DNA of 61,864 nt, the filler included, from Platydemus manokwari (Eukaryota), in the NCBI GenBank assembly GCA_037951405.1. It is 5 parts of 5 records of this genome, joined end to end, with 100 filler letters (N's around TTAATTAATTAA, not from the genome) between each part and the next. Parts side by side here need not be neighbours in the genome. Positions count along the whole stretch, not along the records: positions 43,657 to 61,864 come from JBBMOY010533329.1; 4 more parts are not named here. One strand, given 5' to 3'. Below the pieces are notes generated by a model. The model was not told the origin of the DNA and did no database searches. It saw only the letters and a list, made by a program, of their open reading frames with translations. The translations under genes and the position numbers were made by a program. Below, piece by piece: positions 53,031 to 61,864 of this stretch (position 1 is its first letter; each line of letters starts with the position of its first letter).

Positions 53031-54284
53031 AATGAATATATTTTATTGACTTGTTCACTTTTCTATTGCTTTTAACATAATTATCATTTATATTTCAAAT
53101 ATTAGTTTAAATAGTATCCGGGTAGTATTTTGCAACAACAACCAACAACTGTTGGAGTCCAAATAAGTTAAAGATTTCAAAACCCTTATAATTTATAACC
53201 TTAATCAATACTTCTTTTTTACAAATTGTACATTAGTATTTTGAATTTAAATTATAAATTATCAAATCTCTAACAGAAGCATTCTAATTTTTGCAGCTTG
53301 GAAGAGACTTTTATTAAAGGAAGAACCACACAAAATAATGAAGAATTAAAATCGTTAAGAAGGTCATCATAACACTTTGAAGTTCATATGTACACATCAA
53401 GTTCTTCATGATTGATATTAACTATGCAAGCCTTGAAGTCGTTGAGAAAAACTCAAAAAACAATAGAAAAATGAAATTGGATAATATCTGAGGTATTTTT
53501 TAACTATTCAGAATTAATTTTTCAATTAATAAAGTTATGACGTCATGTTAAGGCTTTCCATTAAATTAAATAATAATAAATTTGTCTTATTAACACAATT
53601 GTTACAAACATTATTTTAGAGAAATTTTGTGCATATATGTAAGCAATTCGATTAAATATTAATTTATGTTTTACGTTATTGTTTCTTAACATTGCTTCTA
53701 TTTTTATTATTAAAACCAAGTTCCTGTTACTTCCATTATAATATTTCATTTTGATTCATCGAAAGTAATATAAACTTGGAATTAAAAAAACTTAATTAAT
53801 ATATAATTTAATGATAAAAAAATAAGCAAACTTCTTTTAATAGGGAAAATTAGACGCTAGAACCTTTTTGAACTTTCATAACATTAGTTTCATTAAATAA
53901 TATCGCATAAAATTGGAGAAAATTTGTTAAAATGACATATGCTCAATCAATGCACTATAGCAGAGTTTTAGTATAGCCTTCATTCAGTACTATATGGATG
54001 TCAAACAGTGATCACATTTATCTTAGTTTTTTAAGTTTCATAATTTTAGATTTAAATTAAAGAATGGTTAACGTCATCTTAACCCTTTAATTGTTATGAT
54101 CAAAGAATAGAATCTAAATAATACTATTTAAAGTTAAAATTAATAAATTTAGTAATATATGAATTAAAATACATAGTATGCCAGAAAAAATCACGGATTA
54201 AGTGTTTTCGTCCTATATACATATATATTGAAAATTCGTTTGTTTCAATTATTTGTATCATTTAAATATTTATTTTCACATTGG

Positions 54285-57200
54285 ATGGGGAAAAAGCGGT
54301 CTAATAAGCGTAAATATGACACAAATCTTCCAATTTATTGGTATAAAACCAGAATACTAGAAAAAATAAAAACCAACGCAGTTGTTATTATAACTGGTCA
54401 AACAGGTTGTGGTAAATCAACGCAAATACCCAAATATCTCCTTGAAAGTGGTTACGGAAAAAATGGGATAATTGCATGTCTCCATCCACGATGTGTAGCT
54501 GCCCAATCGCTTGCCGAGCGAGTTTCTGTCGAACTAAATGATGTTGTAGGTGGATTAGTTGGTTATCAAATTCGGTTTTTCAAGGAATTATCTGAAAAAA
54601 CTCGTATTTTGTTTATGTCAACTGGTTTGATGCTGCAGATAATGAAAAATGAAAATTTTTACGGTGAATATAGCATTGTAATTATCGACGAGGCTCATGA
54701 ACGTTCTATTCAAGCCGACGTTGTTATGGGTAAAATGAAAGAAGTTCTCAAATTGACAAACCATGTTAAATTGATTGTCATGTCAGCCACATTAAATGTT
54801 GATCAGATTAGAAATTACTATGAAAATAGTGCTGTTATCAATATTGCCAATACAAAGGATGATGTCAAAGTTATTTATCGGCCATTAAAATCTCAAAACT
54901 ATGTCGATGCGATTCGGGTTATTGTTGAAGAAATTTTAAAAACTACCAAGAAAGGCCACATTTTGATATTTTTACAAAGCGAAGATAAAGTTTACAAATG
55001 TCGGAAATTGTTAAAAAAATTAAAAGGCACCAAATTATTGCCATTTTTTGCCAGTTTGGATATGGATGAGAAAATGATGGTTTTTATGGACTATCCGAAT
55101 CGACGGAAAATAATCATTGCTACAAATGTTGCCGAAACTAGTTTGACTATTCCCGGGGTGGATTTCGTTATCGATTCTGGATTGGTGAAAAGAGTTCGAT
55201 ATGATCACGAGACTGGTGTGGAGAAATGGATAACGGAAAGCGTTTCAATTGCCGAAGCCAATCAACGCAAAGGCCGAGTGGGTCGAACGGGAATTGGGAC
55301 GTGTTATCGTTTGTATGATGAGAAATGCGTTGCACCTATTGCAATAGATGATTTACTCGATACATTTGATTTGAGTAACATACTAGATTCTTTGCCTGTC
55401 TATGATTGTCTTCCTGAAATTCCAGTATTAAATAAAATTAAACCGGTACAACGCTTCCAAGATTATCCTGAACCGGAAATCCAAACCATGAATCTCTGTT
55501 CGATCGTTTTAACATTGAAAGCAATGAATAAAATCGACATTATGCGATTTCCTTTCATTGTGCCACCTGATGAGAAAAATGTCAATCGGTGCATTGAGCA
55601 GCTGAAAGATCTTTCTCTGTTGCATGATAATACCATGTTAACGAATCTCGGTAAACAAGTTAGCAATCTTCCATTGGAACCTCGTCTTGGAAAAGTTGCA
55701 ATAGTTGGATCTCAATTAGCATGCCGTAAAAATGTCATTGCCATCATTGCGATGTTGACTGTCCGCAATGTGCTACGAACAACTGGTCAAAATTTTACTG
55801 TTTATAAAGCTTATGCTGAAAATCACGGCGATCTCTTCATGTTGAACAACATTTTTTTCGATGGCATGTCGAACCATTTCACGAAACGATGGTGTAAGGA
55901 AAAATTCGTCAATTTTTCTTGTATGAAATATTCGATCCGCGTTTATGAGCAGTTAGATTGGATTCTTCCCCAACCTTATGCTAATGGGAATTATTTACGC
56001 AATGGTTACAATGATAATTTGGTTAAGAAAGTTTTCTTAGCTGGATATTTTAATAATGTTGCCAAAAAATCAGATATTAGTAAATATTTGACGTTGAGTG
56101 ATGAAAAGGTTCAACCTAATAGACAAAGCAGTGTGAGTGGTGAAGAGGAAATGTAAGATCTTATTTATTTAAATGAGATTTATAATTATTTGATTATATA
56201 TATATTTGGGATTCCAGATAATTGTTTTACATAAAATCACCTACTATTAATATGGCGATTATCATTTAATTGGCCAATGGTTTTGTTTGTAAAATAAATA
56301 TAAAATTATAAGATCGAAGTATTGCATTAGGTGGGAATGTAAAATGAGTCCAATTTCTAATCGAAAAATCATTTCATGTCTAATAATCCAAGAAAATTCA
56401 AACAATCGAAGGTTCGAATATAAAACCATCTTTGTTTTAATAATATTTCTGGGAAAAAACATCTTTGTATTGGGGGTGATGATATTTATTTATCTCAGTT
56501 TTATCAATATTTTGACTTCAGCAACTACCAACATGACTTGATATTTTGAAAATAAAACAACTATTGTATTGTGAATTTTATTTTTGATATTGAATATCCT
56601 AAAATAAATGTGGAAATTTTGATGAAATTCTTTAGAATTAAAATGTTATATATAAAAATTTCCCAAACTTTGTACATAGATTCGAAATAAAATAGTAGTA
56701 ATATATAGTGTAGTAATATATTGTGAAATTAATGACACCGTCCCGGAAATTTCGTGCATCATAATTGGCATTCAATATTTGATTAAGAAAACAAAATCCC
56801 AGAATGAAGAATTTAATTTTTTAACAATTTCTGAGAATCTGATCTATGAGCCATGAGTAATCTACACAATTAATCCATGTATATGTCTAATATCTAGTTT
56901 TCTGTAGAAGTTATATGGCTTCGAATCCACATTTTGTAAATCGTTTACTAGTTGATTCGAATCTATATCCACTTTATACTAAAAATATTAACAACGGAAT
57001 AAAAATGATATTATTTTAGGAAATTATTAATGAATTTGAAATTTACTTGAGCGGTAATTGATTTTCATATATTTTAGAACCTAGTAGAAATTTGCAAGCT
57101 TTTGTGAACGAACTTTTAAGTTGAAATATGATAAATAGAAATTTGAAACTTTTTCAGATTAAAGTTAACATTGACAATTGATATTTAAATTTTTTATCTT

Positions 57201-57979
57201 GGTTTTAAAAGATTTAGAAAGAAGATTATTGGTGTCGTTTTATGATTGTAATTAAATTTGACAATACCATGCCTCGAATACTTCCTTGAAATAAATTTAG
57301 AATTAAAAAAAATCTGAAAAAAAGCTGCACTAACAACAAAAGATTTAAATATACTTGTAAGCAATTGCAGACAGTCGACCGGTGATAGACATGGTTGGTA
57401 GTATTATTTAGAAAGATTTAAAACATTATGAGAAATATTCATATTTCTAGGTTTTTCTGTATTTCCAATGTTAGTTACCTTTAAATCTTTAAAAACCCTT
57501 TCGACAATTGACAATATAGATGAACTTTGCATTTAAAGATTAAGAAATCGAATAAGCATCATGAAGTCTATCCGAAGATATGAGGTAAGTTAGTTATTTT
57601 TATTAATTTTCATGCTCTTAAATGTGTATTAATTTATTATAAATTATTACAACGAATTAGACATACCCGATACTTTATATTTGTATCTGATGCTCCTGTT
57701 TAAGCTTTAGTTGTTTTGAAATTGTTTTTATGAACTTGTTAGATATCTATAGGTAACATCATAATTATTTACATTTTCTTGATAATAATATGTTAAGTAC
57801 ACCCCAATATTTTCAGAGTTTTATATCTCAATGTTCAAAAACCAAATGATAAATGTGACTTGCTAATTCGAAATTGCTGTGGTCTCAATCCTCAAATGTT
57901 AAAGGATCTTGTGCCACAAAAATTTAGAATCAAAGCTCCTCTATGGAAGATGGTTGTTGAAAAACTATTTTCGTCTTAA
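54285..57979 (+). CDS. DEAH-box RNA helicase (Prp22/Prp43-type family), 2 exons
   Basis: Exon 54285-56152 carries GQTGCGKST, DEAH, SAT, ATNVAETS, QRKGRVGR. A phase-2 intron leads to exon 57817-57979 (VLYLNV..IRNCCGLNPQMLKDLVP), completing the OB-fold. Confidence 0.92.
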
Positions 57980-59239
57980 TATAATGATTTTAAAGATTTA
58001 AATACTTATTTTGATATGAATATAATTACAAGAAATGAAATTTATTAAAGGCTGAAAAAGTGGTTTATTTAGCCATTTAAAACTTTATTAAAAGATTAAT
58101 AAATAAGTTAATAATCTTTAAAAGATTAAGAATAAAATATGAAAATTAACGCTTTCTTTTTTATTTGTCTGCATTCGACCCACATTAAAAGAATATATGA
58201 ATGGTTTGAAGTTTTCACCAATTTTTCGAATAAAATTGAATAATTAAAGAAGTTGGAAAAATACCGTAAGATAAAATTGCATTTATATGCACATTTCATT
58301 CGATTTTTGATATTTTTTTAATCAATTCTTGGTTACTCCAATTTGTTCTCATCGTTTTTAGATAATCAATTATTAATCTATTTCCAGATTCGTCTTACTT
58401 ATTATATTATTGTTATAAAACAAACATTATAATCCGAAATACTGGTTCATTTTATTATCTACAGATATACATAATTTGTCAAAATCTGTTCAGTAATTCA
58501 AAAGATATAAAGCATAAGAGTTTAAAGTAGAAAATAGTCGTGGTTCGAATCAAATTAGTATTACATTTGAAAATTGTTTCGTTAATTGATAATATATAAA
58601 GATACATAAAATATAAAAACCACGGTTTTGTGACTACAGCTTGTCATTTATTATTGATTCATTGTTTTGTATTCTGAGGCTTACAATTCCAACTATATCC
58701 TCACCATGGAAGTTCAGTCGAAATTTGAAAATTTATTGTAAACAATTGGAATTTAAACCTGCTGAATCATCAATACAATATAGAAGCCAGTTTTCCAAGT
58801 GCACATTAAATCCATAAAAGCCATGTGGGTTATTTTCATTTTCATCTCTTGTGACAAGATGAATATTTGATTTAAGAATTTTGATTCAGCAATAAGAGTT
58901 ATATAATAATGTTTTATTATTACTGTTGTGTTCTTGTGGGTTATATCATTGTATTTTAGATTTATATTTAGATTTGTATTTAGATCTAAAGGAGCTAAAT
59001 AAATGTATGAAAATTAATGAGTTGTTACGATTTAGAATTTATTGTTGATTTATACTATAAAATACTAATTTCAAATCTGACTATAATAAGCTCAGTTATC
59101 TTTTAAATATTATCAAAATTTAGATATAAGCAAAAAAAATAAAACTTAAATAATGAAGTAAATGGACAGATGTTTTCGGAATTTGAAATTTTCTATTTGT
59201 ATAGTTGTTGGCAACAATAATCAGAACTTTACGATCAGA

Positions 59240-59775
59240 TATTGTTCGCCTAGGAATAGTTGGACTCTCACCTATGCCATCTACCCAAACACAGTTGAAA
59301 TTTATTTTTCATCAATCACGATCTCAGTAACTCTTGAAATGGATAAACAGCTTAAGTTCCAATCTTCAATTATTTTACGTACAATTATGACGTGCTTGTT
59401 CTTGGTCTTCCTGAACCTTCTTTACACTCAAAAAGTATTCGCTGTTTCCCTGGAAACATTTTTGTAATCTGCAGTACTCTCCGAAAGCTGATGACATTCT
59501 CTACTCCCCAACTTTTCAAAAGGAAGTGGTGTATTTCGGTAGCCGAAAAGTTGCAACGAAGAAATTTATGTCGCATTGCTTGGACTTCATCTTTCAAGCT
59601 AAATCATATAACCAACTCTAATCGATTTATTTAATTTCAAATCTTGAATTTTCCAGTCTTGTTAATGATCTACTTTAGAAACTTTTCCTAAGAAAGATCT
59701 ATCTAGAAAATTTTAACTTTGATCTTCAAATATTTTCTTACTGATAAAAACGAAACTTTTTTGCTTCCCACTATA
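59240..59775 (-). mobile_element. Truncated mariner/Tc1 element (N-terminal HTH region)
   Basis: SATEIHHFL..WG....S..RV....F..K...FE...SGRPRTS is a mariner DNA-binding domain pattern. Confidence 0.7.
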
Positions 59776-61199
59776 TATATTCATATTAACAATGCATAAC
59801 TAAGAACTAAATATAATTATTCATTACAGTAACTTCAAAAAAGTAAATAACAGAACTCTCAACGGACAAAAATTAAGAAATTATCAATTGATTAGTGCTG
59901 ACAAATGTTGGTCTTATATTGAACTTTGCCGAATTATTGATAAGTAGAAGTAGTAGTTAAGTCATGTTTGACAATGAAATAATAATTTTAACTTGCATAT
60001 TGACAGCGGAAATTTTTACATCTTTACATCACGTTTTTATTTGAGCTTATGTTTCTCAAATTTTAATTGGATTTAAAGATTTTTTTGTGATTGAGATTGG
60101 TCAATTCCTGTGTGATTATGTCAATTTTTCGAATTAGAATCTTCTATTTTAGTGCTATCAGATTGACTGGTTGCGATGGTTGTGAAGACATGTATGTGCA
60201 TAATATGTCAAAATAAGGTGAAAAACCATTTTTGTTTTGTGTGATTTCATCATTAATTAACAAAAATATCAAATACACGATGGTGGCTCTTAATGTTTGT
60301 TTATAGAATTCATATTAGATAAAAATGAAAATTCTTCATGAAATGATATATTCCAATTTAAAGATGAAAAATCTAATCAATATATAAATTCACATAATTA
60401 ATTTCATCAAATAGACATAAAAGTTTTTCAGTTAAAAGTTATTTTAATCCAATAAAGAGCATAAATTAAAATAATGACATATCTAAGGACATTTTAGAAA
60501 GTAATTTAAAATGATAGAATAAAAACCAATAGTAGATAATATGATTAATATTTTTCGGTTAATTATTGCTTATAAGATATGTAATTACAATAGGAAAAAT
60601 GCACAATAACAATAATTTTTCTCGAATTGGATGAATACGAAATATAGAATAAAATGAAGCTAAAAAGAATACAAGTGAGGGGGAATATATTCTGTCTTTT
60701 AAAAATTCTGTTTTTTATAAAACATATTTTTCAAACACATTTAAATTTTATGAATAATTTTTTAAAACATTTTGAGAGGTTACACAGTAACGGTCTGAGC
60801 AATCATAAATATTTTTTTTTGTATAATTATTTAAAAATATTCTTTGTTTTAAATTATTAAATTCAACTTTTTTAAATTAAATTGAATAATTTAGTAAAAT
60901 AATTCAATTTAAATTCTAAACCTCACAATATCAATGCCTCACAAATTTCAAACAAATACGCATTTCTAATAATATACTATTTACTCTGATTCTTTATAAT
61001 TTAAATCAGTGTTCTTCAAAAGGGCAGGGCGAGAAATTTCATTTTCGACACTGACTTAAATTAAGTTAAAATATCGATCAAATTTTAAAGATATGGAATT
61101 AGTACTGAGACCAGCTATCAGCAAAATAGAGCCAAGATTTGATGTTTTATGTCAGAATATGAAAAATCGTTGTTATGATTAAATATATTTTAATTTTTA

Positions 61200-61388
61200 C
61201 TTCTTTTCCCCTTTCTCTACTTCTTTCTCTCACACATAAATACATACGCGCGCATCATTAGCTAAAATATCATCATCGACTTCATCTTATTTCTTTGTTT
61301 CCTTTTCTCCCGATCTCACCGCTCTCTCCACTTGTTCTCTCTTTTCTTTCTTAATATTTTCTATTTTTTCCTCGCTTACACGTCTCTT

Positions 61389-61438
<50 letters not shown>

Positions 61439-61787
61439 CTCACTCTGTCTTATTCTTTATCTCTGTTTCTCCCTCGCTCTCTTTCTTACTCACTTTTTAT
61501 CTCTCTTTCTCGATATCTCTATCTCTAATTTCTTTATCTCTGTCTAATTTCTCTCTTTATATATATTAATATTTTTTTCCGTCTCTCGTACTCTCGCTCT
61601 TTATCCTTCTCTCTCCCCTTTCCTTATTTCTCTATCTCTCTTTTTTATCTGTGTTTCTCTTCCTCACACTCTCTCCCACTTACTCTGCTTTCTCTCTATT
61701 TCTATCTCCCTTATTCTTTTTTTCTATTTATCTATCTTTCTATCTGTCTATCTATCTTTCTATCTGTCTATCTATCTTTCTATGTGT

Positions 61788-61864
<77 letters not shown>
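61200..61864. repeat. (CT)n pyrimidine tract and (TATC)n microsatellite
   Basis: Direct inspection. Confidence 0.95.

Noticed and set aside
56100-56156. Apparent C-terminal truncation of the DEAH helicase
   Set aside because: The ORF stop lies in an intron; exon 57817-57979 supplies the rest.
1-61864. A functional cluster spanning iGluR, collagen, SLC5 and Ig genes; CRISPR arrays; tRNA or rRNA genes
   Set aside because: Contigs are artificially joined; no regular repeat-spacer array or recognisable structural RNA gene was seen.

Overview
AT-rich animal genomic DNA with many very short spliceosomal introns (about 35-60 nt); the species cannot be identified from the sequence. The window is five contigs joined by artificial 100-bp spacers (N44-TTAATTAATTAA-N44), so adjacency across spacers is not evidence of linkage. 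Genes reconstructed by manual splicing: a RING-H2 protein, a secreted saposin-like protein, an 11+-exon ionotropic glutamate receptor family subunit, a 128-aa secreted orphan, a collagen IV-like chain with a full NC1 domain, a small-exon orphan gene behind an RFX X-box, a two-exon orphan with a possible KH-like end, the 5' part of an SLC5 transporter, a lone MED1 exon, the last IDH3B exon, a coiled-coil + MATH protein, an Ig-superfamily protein and a two-exon DEAH helicase. Intergenic DNA holds decayed Polinton, mariner, hAT, Gypsy and LINE fragments, a dispersed LTR-like family and microsatellites. The best novelty candidates are the iGluR (ligand Arg lost, Lys at the Q/R site), the virus-like intronless ORF pair at 1-1270, the X-box orphan gene and the interleaved MED1/IDH3B exons. 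No multi-gene novel system can be established from sequence alone.
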